The notes beneath the pieces were generated by a model, which made no database searches, was not told where the DNA came from, and saw only the letters and a program-made list of their open reading frames with translations. The position numbers and the translations under genes were made by a program. Shown piece by piece: positions 50,861 to 61,760 of a DNA stretch of 64,000 nucleotides. The stretch's first letter is position 1, and every line of letters starts with the position of its first letter. The stretch covers positions 2,496,001 through 2,560,000 of the forward strand of contig OY762825.2 in assembly GCA_963666425.2 (NCBI GenBank), written 5' to 3'. This DNA comes from Bacillota bacterium (GTDB lineage: Bacteria > Bacillota > JAAYKD01).

Positions 50861-52681
50861 GGGGCTGTAGCAAAATGAAAAATTGCTACAGTCTCTTTTT
50901 GATGCTCCAGTATCATTTTTCACAAACGAAAAACAAGCTAATACGAAAAACAGCAGACAGAAATATAAAGGTCAGATAAAATCTCACCCAAATACAGGAA
51001 ATATTCTGATTTTTACTATTGTTAAGCCGTAAGTTTTTTAAACAATTGTCTGCCGGTGCGATTTTGTTGAATCTTGTTGTGTAATTTGTTGATGTTGTAG
51101 CCCATTGCCACCAAAAGAATCTCTGCCAAAACCTTTTTATTGCCGCGGAGCAGGAACTGACGGAAGCCGTAATCCTGCTTGATCACGCCGAAGGCTCCTT
51201 CTGACTGAATGGAACGATTCATCCGCAGCAAGATCCCCTTGGCACTGGTGATCCGCTCCAGTGACTGTTGACGCTGCTCAATGAATTTCTTGGAGACCTG
51301 CAGTTTCCTGTTTCCCTTCGATCGGGTGCATTTCTTTTTATAGGGACACGTTCCGCAATCCTCACATGCGTAGTAGGTGATCTCACTTTCAAAACCAGAC
51401 TTGCTCTTACGTTTGCCTGTATAAACTGCTCTGAGCTTCTTTTCAGCCTGACAGGTGTATTCATCCAGTGTCTTGTCATAGGCCATGTTTTCCCTCAGCG
51501 CCATGTTGCTCTTGTATTTCTTCGTTTTAGACCGCTCATAATTTTGAGGCTTAATGTAACACTGTGTGGTTTTATTTTCAAAAAAGGTGTAATTTTCCTC
51601 GCTCTCATAACCCGCATCCGCTGTGACATCTTCGTAACTTGTCCCCAGATGTGATTCCATATTTTCCAGCAAGGGTATGAGTGTAAGCTGATCGCTGCGC
51701 TCACTGGAAACCTGGACACCTGTAATATATTCACCTTCCACTCCAAGTTGGATGTTATAACCCGGTTTCAATTGCGCGTTACGCATATGATCGTCTTTCA
51801 TATGCATGAAAGTCGCATCCGGATCAATTTTAGAGAAGCTATTCCGCCCTTGGAAGGTCGTTTGATATCCGGCATACTTTTCTTTCCGGCCGAGCAGTTC
51901 CCGAAGCTGCTCGATATCCCTTTGCAACTCGCTTTTTCGCTTGCCCTTGCCGTAGACAAACGGTGCGGTTATCCGGCGCTCGAGGATCTGCAGCAAATCT
52001 TCCGACGTTTCTGCCAGAATACCGTATTTTGCAGACAGCTCAGGCAGCCACTTCGACAGTTTGTCAAGTAGCCTGCTTTCATATTTCGTCGTGCTTTTTT
52101 TCCAGACAAAGCTATACTTGTTCGCATTCGCTTCGAGTTTTGTCCCGTCTACAAACAGATGCTCAAACTTGATTTCACTCAAGTTTGCCAGCTTTTTCAC
52201 CAATTGGTAGAAAAGCTCCTCACCGCATTTTGTCAGCCGTTTACTTCGAAAACGCGCGATTTCGCTGTGGTTAGGTGCTTTTTTTCCATTGAGCAGCCAG
52301 ATGAAATTGATATCTCGCTTACATGCCATGGCGATGGCGCGGCTGGAAAAAATGCCTTGCATACTGGCATATACCATTAGCTTCAGCATGGTAACGGGAT
52401 TTGTTGCCGGGCGACGGCCTGTGCGTTGATATGCTCTCCAAAGCGGGGTCTCATCCATCTCCTCCATTATTTCGTCTAAGAGCCGCACACTGTCATCTGC
52501 AGGAATTATTTTCTCAGCAAAAAATTCGTCAAGTTTTAGTTGCACATTTCTTTTTTTCGTGCCATAATGGACACGGTGTAGTGGTTTTTTCACGATTCAA
52601 TTATACCAAAAAAACAGAGCCTTGTGTCTGCTTTTCGCAGCCACTTGGCTCTGTTTTTTTAGGCTGTTTTGCTACAGCCCC
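50861..52681 (-). mobile_element. IS1182-family insertion sequence
   Basis: Terminal IRs ggggctgtagcaaaa / ttttgctacagcccc (extending to a 21-bp perfect IR at 50855-50875 / 52667-52687) enclose an intact transposase. Confidence 0.9.
51022..52593 (-). CDS. IS1182-family DDE transposase
   Basis: VDGTKLEANANKY, DPDATFM, PGYNIQ, ADAGY, Cys cluster, RSIQSEGAFG. Confidence 0.93.
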   Translation of the reverse strand: MKKPLHRVHYGTKKRNVQLKLDEFFAEKIIPADDSVRLLDEIMEEMDETPLWRAYQRTGRRPATNPVTMLKLMVYASMQGIFSSRAIAMACKRDINFIWLLNGKKAPNHSEIARFRSKRLTKCGEELFYQLVKKLANLSEIKFEHLFVDGTKLEANANKYSFVWKKSTTKYESRLLDKLSKWLPELSAKYGILAETSEDLLQILERRITAPFVYGKGKRKSELQRDIEQLRELLGRKEKYAGYQTTFQGRNSFSKIDPDATFMHMKDDHMRNAQLKPGYNIQLGVEGEYITGVQVSSERSDQLTLIPLLENMESHLGTSYEDVTADAGYESEENYTFFENKTTQCYIKPQNYERSKTKKYKSNMALRENMAYDKTLDEYTCQAEKKLRAVYTGKRKSKSGFESEITYYACEDCGTCPYKKKCTRSKGNRKLQVSKKFIEQRQQSLERITSAKGILLRMNRSIQSEGAFGVIKQDYGFRQFLLRGNKKVLAEILLVAMGYNINKLHNKIQQNRTGRQLFKKLTA

Positions 52682-53173
52682 TTCCTTTTTTATTCTGCAA
52701 AGGCTGAATACAACAATGATCAGCATTGAATACAAGAGATCAAATCAGCAAGGCAGCGCTGCGGATCATTTTGCTCAGTCATTGATACGGATCGTTGCTC
52801 GGTTGTTATTGATGGTAGACTCAAAGTTGCAATCGATATCTAAAAGATTTAAAAGCGATACAAATTGTCCAATTTAGTTTACTTTTTCAAATTCAACAAA
52901 AAAAAGAGAGTATTTGCCGTTGACGAATGAGAAAATGATAAAAGTTCAAGCGTAATTTTTCTTATAATTAAATATATCTGTAGAAATAGATCTTTACCGC
53001 TTTTAGAAATTACTTATCGTGAAAATACAATTTTTAAAAAAAGAGGAATTTAGTGAATATTACCTAATTATGTTGTGGTTATTCTTTTAGTTGAATATTG
53101 GTGATGTTTCTGAAGTTTTTTTTACGATCGCACCGAATTTTAGGTTGACGCTTGCAGTAAAAGGGGGATTTGT

Positions 53174-55036
53174 ATGGATCAAACGAATGATCAAGTTGTC
53201 CATCTGCGGTATTCACTGAGAAGCAATCTTCTTTTTATCACGAAAGTAATTCGACAGCACCAGCCTCTTGTGATTCCGGCGATTTTTCTACGGGGTCTCC
53301 TGCAAGCCGGGTTGCCTATTCTTACGATTTATCTTACGAAAACAGTGCTTGATTTTTTCTCTTTATCGGAGCGCGTAAATACTGACCTTGTCGGTACTCT
53401 AGCAATGATGATCTTGATTTTATGGCTCGGCCGAACTGCGTCGAATGCTTTAGAAAAATGGCTAGCCATGCACGCCAACCGCAATCGGCATTACTTATTG
53501 CAGAAAATCGAAAACAAGGTTTTCACTATGGATTATGTCAATGTAGAAGATCCGGTTGGTCAACGTGCTCGTCAGCGAGCAATTCGGGCGATCAATTCTG
53601 ATACTTCCGGCGGAGAAGCGATGATCGTTCATTTTGGGGATCTTCTGCAGCACGGTTTTGGATTGGCATTCTTTGCAGCTTTCGTTGCGGTACTGAACGT
53701 TTGGATCTTGCTGGCACTCATTTCTGCATCACTGCTCAGTGTCTGGTTAACGCGGCTGGCTCAGCTTTATGAAGCTCGCCATAAGAGCGAAGAAAGCGTC
53801 ATTGAGCAGCGCTTGAATTACGTCCGCGAATGCGCGGTTCAGTATGAAAGTGCGAAAGACATTCGCTTATTCTCCATGTCCGCATGGTTTGTTGATTCTC
53901 TGCGCAAGAACACAGTGCAGATTGCTCTCTGGAAGCGTCGGATCCTTACCCGCTATTTTCTGGTGGATGCTGCCGGCGATTTGATGAATTTTCTGCGTGA
54001 TGGAGCCGCATATTTTTATCTGATCAATCAAGTCATCCATGGCTTTCTGACCCCTGGGGAGTTCACTTTTTATTTTGCCAGCATTGCAGGTATTTCCAAC
54101 TGGACGAGTCAGATGAACAGAGATCTGACACTGCTCAACAAAGCCAGCCTCGATATTGGTTATCTGCGCAGCTATTTGGATATTCCGGAGCATTCTTCGG
54201 TAACAAATGCTGCGAAGGTTCAATTTAGCAAGAACGTGGTACCTGAAATCCTCTTCGAGAACGTTTCTTACCGCTATCCGGGCGCAGCTGTTTGGACGCT
54301 GCATGACGTCAATCTTCGAATTCGTCCCGGAGAAAAACTGTCGATCGTCGGATTGAACGGGGCAGGCAAGACAACCCTAGTCAAACTGCTCTGTGGTCTT
54401 TATCAACCGACTGAAGGAAGAATTTTGCTTGATCATCTGGACATCTCCTCATTCAATCGTGAGGAATATTATCGCCTTTTTTCTGTTGTCTTTCAAGAAA
54501 TTCGAATTTTAGCGCTCGATGTCCAACAAAATATCGCTCTTTGTCTAAAGGAAGACATGGATCGTGCGCGCATAGAGCGAGTTATAGAGCAAGTAGGCTT
54601 AACACAAACTATAGCGGCTCTGCCACGTCAAGCAAAGACCCCCTTGACCCGAACATTAGAGCAAGATGGTGTGCTGCTATCGGGTGGGCAAGCGCAAAAA
54701 CTCTTATTGGCGCGCGCTCTCTACAAAGATGCTCCGGTGGTAATTCTCGATGAGCCAACCGCTGCCTTGGATCCCTTGGCCGAAGCCGAGCTTTATCAAG
54801 ACTTCAGTCGACTTGTTGAAGGGAAATCTTCGATTTTCATTTCTCATCGTCTGGCAAGCACTCGATTTTGTGACCGGATCGCCTTGCTGAAAGATGGCCG
54901 CATCCATGAACTTGGCAGTCATCAGGAATTGTTGGATCTTGGGGGAGAATATGCTCATATTTTCGAGGTTCAAGCTCGTTATTATCGCGAGAACAAAGAG
55001 GTGAGTGATTTTGATAAAAACGAAAGCAAACATTAG
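53174..55036 (+). CDS. ABC exporter, fused permease/ATPase
   Basis: TM domain; GLNGAGKT, LSGGQ, ILDEPT, ISHRL. Confidence 0.92.
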   Translation: MDQTNDQVVHLRYSLRSNLLFITKVIRQHQPLVIPAIFLRGLLQAGLPILTIYLTKTVLDFFSLSERVNTDLVGTLAMMILILWLGRTASNALEKWLAMHANRNRHYLLQKIENKVFTMDYVNVEDPVGQRARQRAIRAINSDTSGGEAMIVHFGDLLQHGFGLAFFAAFVAVLNVWILLALISASLLSVWLTRLAQLYEARHKSEESVIEQRLNYVRECAVQYESAKDIRLFSMSAWFVDSLRKNTVQIALWKRRILTRYFLVDAAGDLMNFLRDGAAYFYLINQVIHGFLTPGEFTFYFASIAGISNWTSQMNRDLTLLNKASLDIGYLRSYLDIPEHSSVTNAAKVQFSKNVVPEILFENVSYRYPGAAVWTLHDVNLRIRPGEKLSIVGLNGAGKTTLVKLLCGLYQPTEGRILLDHLDISSFNREEYYRLFSVVFQEIRILALDVQQNIALCLKEDMDRARIERVIEQVGLTQTIAALPRQAKTPLTRTLEQDGVLLSGGQAQKLLLARALYKDAPVVILDEPTAALDPLAEAELYQDFSRLVEGKSSIFISHRLASTRFCDRIALLKDGRIHELGSHQELLDLGGEYAHIFEVQARYYRENKEVSDFDKNESKH

Positions 55037-56882
55037 GCAGATCATAGCGGATGATTGGCGGATGATTCGCTTCAGCTTGAGATGTGTGAATCAATACGAT
55101 AGAAGGGCAATCCCTGCAATGTTAGCGCTGGCGATCGTGGAAATTGTAACGCCATTGATCAATTTATTCTTTACTGCGAAAATTCTCGATGCCTTGTTGG
55201 ATGCAGAGCAAAGAAAGTATATCTTTTCTTTGGCTATCTTGACGGTTTTCATAAATCTGGTCTGTGTCCTGCTGCGTCATGGATTGGACCAGATGCGAAC
55301 CTATTTCAGAGCAAAAATTGCGCAGGAATCAGATAATACTGTTGCTGAAAAGTTCACCTCAATCAGTTACGAACTCATGGAAAATCCGCAAACGAGAGGG
55401 AATTATGTCAAGTACCATAATTATGATATGTGGTATGGCGGCGTATTTATGGTGGTGGAACATTTTTTTACGATGGTGCAAGAGGGTGGAGGACTGCTGG
55501 TTTCCGGCGGCTTGATCCTGAGGCTGTTCAGTTTAGCAGCGGTGGGAGGTAGAGGGGGATTGCTCGGATTTTTCGATTCACCCTTTGCTTCAATGCTTTT
55601 ACTTGCTGTCTTTTTTACGAGCATTGTGATCAATTTTCGAGCCGACGCAGATTCCGCAAGCGCAGGACTCGCTTATGAAAAAAGTATGGAGAGCAAAAAC
55701 CGCAAATTTTCCTACTATGCTTTCGAGCTGCCCAATGATTACCATTTTGGTAAAGATATCCGATTATATCATATTGCCGAATTGCTTAATGACGAACTCG
55801 ACACTTTTTTTCAAGCTTCGCATCTTCAACGGGCAGGTTACACGCAAAATGTGATAAAAAATGATTCCTTCAGCATAGCTGCCACAACTTTTTCCATTGG
55901 TTTTTCTTACATTTTTATCGTGATGAAGGCAATTTTGGGGACAATTACCACGGGTGCTATCGTGATGTATATGGGTATTGCTGCAAATTTTAGCTCGGGC
56001 ATCAGCAGATTCAACGCGGTTATCTCAGAACTCCATTTATGCAGCCAGATGATTCTGCCATTTCGCAATATCATAAATCTAAGCTCCCCAACAGAGCAAG
56101 GTTGTCTGCCTTTACAGAAAAGCACAGAAGCTCAATATGAAGTTGAATTCCGGCATGTGATTTTTCGTTACCCCGGTGCAGATACACCTGTTCTGAAAGA
56201 TATTTCTTTCAAAATTGCGAAAGGCCAACACCTGGCGGTGGTTGGCTTAAATGGATCGGGAAAAACAACGATGATCAAGCTGCTATGTAGATTATATGAT
56301 CCGAATGAAGGGGAGATTCTCATCAACGGCAGGGATATTCGTTCTTACAATTTACAGGATTATCTCGCTCTGTTGGCCGTGGTTTTTCAGGATTTTCAAT
56401 TGTTTTCCTTCTCTGTAGGGCAAAATGTTGCCGTCGATCGGAATTATGATCCCAAACGCGTATGGCAGTGTCTTGCTCAAGCGGGAATTGAAGAGCGTGT
56501 GCGCAGCATGCCTCACGGTTTAGAGACGATTCTCTATTCGTTTCTCGATGCCGGGGGCATTGAAATATCGGGAGGAGAAGCGCAAAAACTAGCGATTGCT
56601 CGTGCTCTTTACAAGGACGCACCCATCATTATTCTGGATGAACCCACCGCTTCACTTGATCCGCTTAGCGAGAATGAGATCTATACTCACCTAAACGAAA
56701 TGATTACCGGTAAAACCGCTGTTTTTATCTCTCATCGCCTTTCCAGCTGCCGCTTCTGTGATGAAATACTCGTGGTTGATGAGGGGAGAATTGCACAACG
56801 AGGCAGCCACGACGCTCTTCTGGCAGAAGAATCAGGACTCTATTTTAAAATGTGGCAGACACAAGCGAGTTATTATAAGTAA
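55005..56882 (+). CDS. ABC exporter, fused permease/ATPase (partner)
   Basis: TM domain; GLNGSGKT, ISGGE, ILDEPT, ISHRL; overlaps the previous gene. Confidence 0.92.
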   Translation: MILIKTKANIRQIIADDWRMIRFSLRCVNQYDRRAIPAMLALAIVEIVTPLINLFFTAKILDALLDAEQRKYIFSLAILTVFINLVCVLLRHGLDQMRTYFRAKIAQESDNTVAEKFTSISYELMENPQTRGNYVKYHNYDMWYGGVFMVVEHFFTMVQEGGGLLVSGGLILRLFSLAAVGGRGGLLGFFDSPFASMLLLAVFFTSIVINFRADADSASAGLAYEKSMESKNRKFSYYAFELPNDYHFGKDIRLYHIAELLNDELDTFFQASHLQRAGYTQNVIKNDSFSIAATTFSIGFSYIFIVMKAILGTITTGAIVMYMGIAANFSSGISRFNAVISELHLCSQMILPFRNIINLSSPTEQGCLPLQKSTEAQYEVEFRHVIFRYPGADTPVLKDISFKIAKGQHLAVVGLNGSGKTTMIKLLCRLYDPNEGEILINGRDIRSYNLQDYLALLAVVFQDFQLFSFSVGQNVAVDRNYDPKRVWQCLAQAGIEERVRSMPHGLETILYSFLDAGGIEISGGEAQKLAIARALYKDAPIIILDEPTASLDPLSENEIYTHLNEMITGKTAVFISHRLSSCRFCDEILVVDEGRIAQRGSHDALLAEESGLYFKMWQTQASYYK

Positions 56883-57056
56883 TAGATAATATTATTAAAG
56901 CGCTTACAGATACCGGAGCTGCGCTGCGAAACTTTTGTTGGAATAACTGTAACCAAATAAACAACACCCATGTGGTAAAACATGCTTATTACTTTCCCAT
57001 CCTCTGATGATTTATTAGTATGGGGAGGGGATGATTTGATTGCTTATGCATAACAC

Positions 57057-57092
57057 AAAAATGCAGCAGGATTCAATTCCTGTTGCTTTTTT
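57057..57092 (+). terminator. Intrinsic terminator
   Basis: gcagcagga-ttcaat-tcctgttgc-tttttt. Confidence 0.65.
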
Positions 57093-57179
57093 ATTTTGCT
57101 TTCTTAGCTTACGATGTAATTTAGAGAATTCGTAGCCTGGAAAACTTTTTCGCAAGATGCTGCCTTTGAAATACAGAAA

Positions 57180-57245
57180 ATTTATGTTTTCTTAACGTAT
57201 TTCTCTGATCCCTTAATCCCGTCTTAATCGCTTCATCGCTATAAT
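57180..57245 (+). promoter_or_regulatory. kdp promoter with putative KdpE box
   Basis: TTTATGTTTTCTTAAC (57181-96) resembles the T-rich KdpE operators as I recall them; TATAAT at 57240-45 with a poor -35. Confidence 0.45.
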
Positions 57246-57301
57246 GAGGTACAGATTGGAAACCGAAATATCAGTCCGATCAATCCAAAGGAGTGAGCAG
57301 T

Positions 57302-57391
57302 ATGGGAGTCGTTTTGGCAGTTTCGTCGGTCATCGCGTTGTCCTTGTTTATTTATTTATTTTATGTTTTGTTCAGAGGTGAAAATCTATGA
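57302..57391 (+). CDS. kdpF: K+-transporting ATPase subunit F (29 aa, not in ORF track)
   Basis: aaggag [36 protein letters not shown] overlap with kdpA. Confidence 0.88.
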   Translation: MGVVLAVSSVIALSLFIYLFYVLFRGENL

Positions 57392-59082
57392 AGCAAATTT
57401 TGACTGAGGATATCTTTTTTTTGTTGGTATTGATTGGTTTGTCAATTCCACTTGGGATTTATATTTCTAAAGTAATGACAGGACAGAGGACGTTTTTAAC
57501 ACGCTTGTTATATCCTGTCGAACACGGTGTTTACAGGATTATGGGAATCCAAAACGAAGAGGAGATGACACCGAAGCAATACGCCCTCTCTATGCTGACT
57601 TTTAGTGCGTTCGGATTTGTCTTTTTATTTGCCATCCAATTGCTGCAAAAATACCTGCCGCTCAATCCTGAACATGTCGGGAACGTCGGTTGGGATCTTG
57701 CCTTCAATACAACTGCAAGTTTCGTATCCAATACAAACTGGCAGGCTTATGCAGGCGAGTCTGCTTTATCTTACCTGACGCAGAGTTTTGGGCTGACCGT
57801 ACAGAATTTTCTGTCAGCTGGTGTCGGCATTGCAGTTATGTTTGCACTGATCAGAGGATTCATAGCAAAACAGCGAATAAAAATAGGCAATTTTTGGGTG
57901 GATATGATCAGGGTTACACTCTGTGTGCTGATTCCCTTATCATTGGCATTGGCTATTGCCCTCGTATCGCAGGGAGTTGTTCAAACACTGAATCCCTATA
58001 TTCAAACAGCCATGCTTGAGACTGGAACTACACAGGTTATACCACTGGGGCCGGCGGCAAGCCAAATTGCTATCAAGCAACTCGGTACCAACGGAGGCGG
58101 ATTTTTCGGAGCGAATTCGGCTTATCCATTAGAAAATCCAACAACTTTTTCTAATTTCCTTGAGCTTCTTGCCATCCTGTTAATACCGGCTGCCTTATGT
58201 GTAAGTTTCGGAAAAGCGGTGAAAGACTCGAAGCAGGGCAGGACAATCTATGTTGTTATGCTGATTTTTTTCATCATCTCTACTGTAGTTGTAACAGCAA
58301 GCGAACTTTATACAGCACCGGTCTATCAAGGCGTCACAGCAACCGGCAGTATGGAGGGTAAGGAGATCATTCATGGTATTGGTACGTCGGCGCTTTGGGG
58401 TACTGCGACAACTGCTGCCTCAAATGGCTCAGTAAATGCCATGCACGATAGCTTTACTCCTCTCAGTGGAATGGTTCTCATGTTCCTGATGCAGATCGGT
58501 GAGGTTGTTTTTGGAGGCGTTGGGAGCGGACTATATGGCATGCTGGCGTTTGTCATTCTGACGGTTTTCATCGCGGGACTCATGGTAGGGAGAACGCCGG
58601 AATATCTTGGTAAAAAAATAGAACCTTTTGATATGAAAATGGTTTGTATTATTGTGCTCTTTCCCCCGTTGTTAACGCTTTTCGGGGTCACTTTAGCGGT
58701 TAAAATGCCAGAAGTCACGTCATGGCTTACCAATTCGGGAGCGCACGGATTTTCCGAGATTCTTTATGCCTTTACATCGATGGGTAATAACAACGGCAGC
58801 GCGTTTGCAGGGTATGCGGCAAATACTGTCTTTACTAATGTGATAGGCGGAATCATTATGCTGATCGTACGTTTTGTGCCGATGATTGCCACGATTTATC
58901 TTGCTGGTAATCTGGCCAGGAAAAAGCTGGTCGCTGCTGGTGAGGGGACGCTTTCGACGAGCAATACGATGTTTGCTGGCCTTCTGATCGCTATTATTTT
59001 AATTATCGGTGCGCTAACCTTTTTGCCCGCATTGGCATTGGGGCCGCTGGCCGATTATTTTACAACACTAGGTTTGAGGTGA
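57388..59082 (+). CDS. kdpA: K+-transporting ATPase subunit A
   Basis: [36 protein letters not shown]. Confidence 0.97.
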   Translation: MKQILTEDIFFLLVLIGLSIPLGIYISKVMTGQRTFLTRLLYPVEHGVYRIMGIQNEEEMTPKQYALSMLTFSAFGFVFLFAIQLLQKYLPLNPEHVGNVGWDLAFNTTASFVSNTNWQAYAGESALSYLTQSFGLTVQNFLSAGVGIAVMFALIRGFIAKQRIKIGNFWVDMIRVTLCVLIPLSLALAIALVSQGVVQTLNPYIQTAMLETGTTQVIPLGPAASQIAIKQLGTNGGGFFGANSAYPLENPTTFSNFLELLAILLIPAALCVSFGKAVKDSKQGRTIYVVMLIFFIISTVVVTASELYTAPVYQGVTATGSMEGKEIIHGIGTSALWGTATTAASNGSVNAMHDSFTPLSGMVLMFLMQIGEVVFGGVGSGLYGMLAFVILTVFIAGLMVGRTPEYLGKKIEPFDMKMVCIIVLFPPLLTLFGVTLAVKMPEVTSWLTNSGAHGFSEILYAFTSMGNNNGSAFAGYAANTVFTNVIGGIIMLIVRFVPMIATIYLAGNLARKKLVAAGEGTLSTSNTMFAGLLIAIILIIGALTFLPALALGPLADYFTTLGLR

Positions 59083-59087
59083 GCTAA

Positions 59088-61145
59088 TTGAATAAAAAAA
59101 ATCCACAAACAAAAATATACATTGACGCTGTCAAACAAGCCCTTAAGAAGCTTTCACCCAAGGTTCAGATCAAAAATCCGGTCATGTTCGTTGTTTATGT
59201 CGGTGCGATCCTTACCTCGGCACTTTGGCTGCTTTCCTTTGTGGAAATCAGGGATGAAAACGCTGGGTACACCTTCACGATTGCAATGATCCTATGGTTT
59301 ACAGTGCTGTTTGCCAACTTTGCGGAAGCCATTGCCGAAGGCAGAGGCCGCGCTCAGGCGGATACGCTGAGGAAATCACGCAAGGACGTAAAGACTAGAA
59401 AATTGAAATCCGCAGACAGCATCGACGAGTATGATGAGGTACTTTCCAATACCCTAAAAAAAGGTGATATTGTCTATGTCGTGGCCGGAGAGCAGGTTCC
59501 AACGGATGGTGAAGTCATCGAAGGAGCCGCGTCAGTGGATGAAAGCGCCATCACCGGCGAATCCGCGCCGGTCATTCGTGAATCGGGAGGTGACAGGAGC
59601 GCTGTTACCGGCAGCACGACGCTGATTTCAGACAGCTTGATCATCCGCATCACCTCCGAACCTGGAGAAAGCTTCCTTGACAAGATGATCGCGATGGTAG
59701 AGGGAGCTTCCCGAAAAAAAACTCCCAATGAAATTGCTTTGCAAATACTTTTGGTCACGCTAACCATCATCTTTCTTGTGGTAACTGTGACATTGCTGCC
59801 ATTTTCTGATTTTGCCAGTAAACAAGCCGGAGCAGGTCATGCCATTTCCATTACAAATGTGATTGCATTACTTGTATGTCTGGCGCCGACAACAATCGGA
59901 GCCTTTCTGTCTTCTATCGGTATCGCAGGGATGAGCAGACTCAATCAAGCTAATGTCTTAGCCATGAGTGGGCGCGCAATTGAGGCGGCAGGAGATGTTG
60001 ATATACTTCTTCTTGACAAGACGGGTACGATCACGCTTGGTAATAGACAAGCAAGTGAGTTTATGTCAGTGAACGGAATTACGGAGCAAGCTCTTGCCGA
60101 TGCGGCACAGTTGTCTTCACTTGCAGATGAGACTCCCGAAGGCAGAAGTATTGTGATCCTGGCAAAGGACCGATTTAACATCAGAGGACGTGACCTGTCC
60201 AAGTTGGACGCTTCTTTCGTGGAATTCACGGCAAAAACGAGGATGAGCGGGATCAATTACCAGAGTAATGAGATTCGCAAGGGAGCTGCGGAAGCCATCA
60301 AAGCATATGTGCTTGAGAAAGGTGGTATTTATCCGGAAGAATGCGAAAATATTGTAAAGCAGATCGCACAGCAAGGTGGAACTCCGCTTGTCGTAGCAAA
60401 AAACGCTGTTGTACTTGGTGTTGTTTATTTAAAAGATATTGTTAAAAAAGGTGTCAAGGAACGATTCAGTGATCTACGGAAAATGGGTATTAAGACGATC
60501 ATGATCACCGGTGACAATCCAATGACGGCTGCGGCAATTGCGGCAGAGGCGGGGGTGGATGATTTTCTCGCCGAGGCCACTCCGGAAGCAAAGTTGAAAC
60601 TCATCCGGGATTACCAGGCTAAAGGTCATCTTGTTGCCATGACCGGAGATGGTACCAATGACGCGCCCGCGTTGGCGCAAGCCGATGTAGCGGTGGCAAT
60701 GAATACTGGGACGCAGGCAGCAAAAGAAGCTGGAAACATGGTCGACCTGGATTCCAACCCGACAAAGCTGATTGATATCGTCCGTATCGGAAAACAGCTG
60801 TTAATGACTAGAGGAGCACTGACCACTTTTAGTGTTGCTAACGATATTGCCAAATACTTTGCGATCCTGCCGGTCATTTTTTTCGGAATCTATCCGCAGC
60901 TCCAAGCTCTTAATTTCATGAAATTGACCAGTGCGACAAGCGCAATCCTTGCTGCCATTATTTACAACGCGCTGATTATCATCGCGCTGATTCCGTTGGC
61001 ACTGAAAGGTGTTAAGTATCGTGAGACATCGGCAGGTAATCTTCTGAAACGAAACCTGCAAATCTATGGATTGGGTGGCATCATAGCCCCTTTTCTGGCG
61101 ATTAAATTGCTTGATATGCTGCTTACTGTATGTGGTATCGTGTGA
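59088..61145 (+). CDS. kdpB: K+-transporting P-type ATPase subunit B
   Basis: TGES, DKTGT, TGDN, GDGTND. Confidence 0.97.
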   Translation: MNKKNPQTKIYIDAVKQALKKLSPKVQIKNPVMFVVYVGAILTSALWLLSFVEIRDENAGYTFTIAMILWFTVLFANFAEAIAEGRGRAQADTLRKSRKDVKTRKLKSADSIDEYDEVLSNTLKKGDIVYVVAGEQVPTDGEVIEGAASVDESAITGESAPVIRESGGDRSAVTGSTTLISDSLIIRITSEPGESFLDKMIAMVEGASRKKTPNEIALQILLVTLTIIFLVVTVTLLPFSDFASKQAGAGHAISITNVIALLVCLAPTTIGAFLSSIGIAGMSRLNQANVLAMSGRAIEAAGDVDILLLDKTGTITLGNRQASEFMSVNGITEQALADAAQLSSLADETPEGRSIVILAKDRFNIRGRDLSKLDASFVEFTAKTRMSGINYQSNEIRKGAAEAIKAYVLEKGGIYPEECENIVKQIAQQGGTPLVVAKNAVVLGVVYLKDIVKKGVKERFSDLRKMGIKTIMITGDNPMTAAAIAAEAGVDDFLAEATPEAKLKLIRDYQAKGHLVAMTGDGTNDAPALAQADVAVAMNTGTQAAKEAGNMVDLDSNPTKLIDIVRIGKQLLMTRGALTTFSVANDIAKYFAILPVIFFGIYPQLQALNFMKLTSATSAILAAIIYNALIIIALIPLALKGVKYRETSAGNLLKRNLQIYGLGGIIAPFLAIKLLDMLLTVCGIV

Positions 61146-61158
61146 GGTGAATGACAAA

Positions 61159-61725
61159 ATGAAAACGACAACGAAATTGCTTCGGCCCGCGTTTTTCAGC
61201 TTTCTTATCTTGACTCTGCTTTGTGGAGTGATTTATCCGGGAATTGTCACGATTGTTGCTCAGGTGTTTTTTCCTGCTCAGGCAAATGGTAGTGTCATAG
61301 CAATTACTTTGCAAGATGGTACTGAAAGATTATACGGCTCTGAACTGATTGCTCAGGTCTTTACAAAAGCGGAGTACTTAATTGGGAGACCATCTGGTAC
61401 TTCAAATTTGTCTCCCGTCAGCGAGAAACAGGAAAAACTGGTAAAAGAGCGAATAGAATGGTGGCATCAATTTGACCCGAACAACATCGCCAACATACCA
61501 ATGGACCTTGTAACAGCTTCCGGCAGCGGAGTTGATCCGAACATTTCACCGGCAGCGGCGGAATATCAAGTTGCCAGGATCGCAAAATCTCGTGGTATCA
61601 GTGAAGAAAAAGTAAGAGAGGTCATCGAGAAATATACGACCGGGAAATTTCTCGGTATCTGGGGTGAAGAAGCAGTCAATGTTCTGAAGGTCAATTTGAC
61701 GCTTGACAGTCTGCTCAAAGAATAA
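61159..61725 (+). CDS. kdpC: K+-transporting ATPase subunit C (likely start 61159)
   Basis: QANGS, GSELIAQ, DLVTASGSGVDP, VNVLKVN. Confidence 0.95.
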   Translation: MKTTTKLLRPAFFSFLILTLLCGVIYPGIVTIVAQVFFPAQANGSVIAITLQDGTERLYGSELIAQVFTKAEYLIGRPSGTSNLSPVSEKQEKLVKERIEWWHQFDPNNIANIPMDLVTASGSGVDPNISPAAAEYQVARIAKSRGISEEKVREVIEKYTTGKFLGIWGEEAVNVLKVNLTLDSLLKE

Positions 61726-61760
61726 TCAAATTATAATCTCAAAGCATTGAGGTGAATATC

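Noticed and set aside
56883..57300. c-di-AMP (ydaO) riboswitch upstream of kdp; short 23-codon ORF near 56983
   Set aside because: No ydaO consensus seen; the short ORF lacks an RBS
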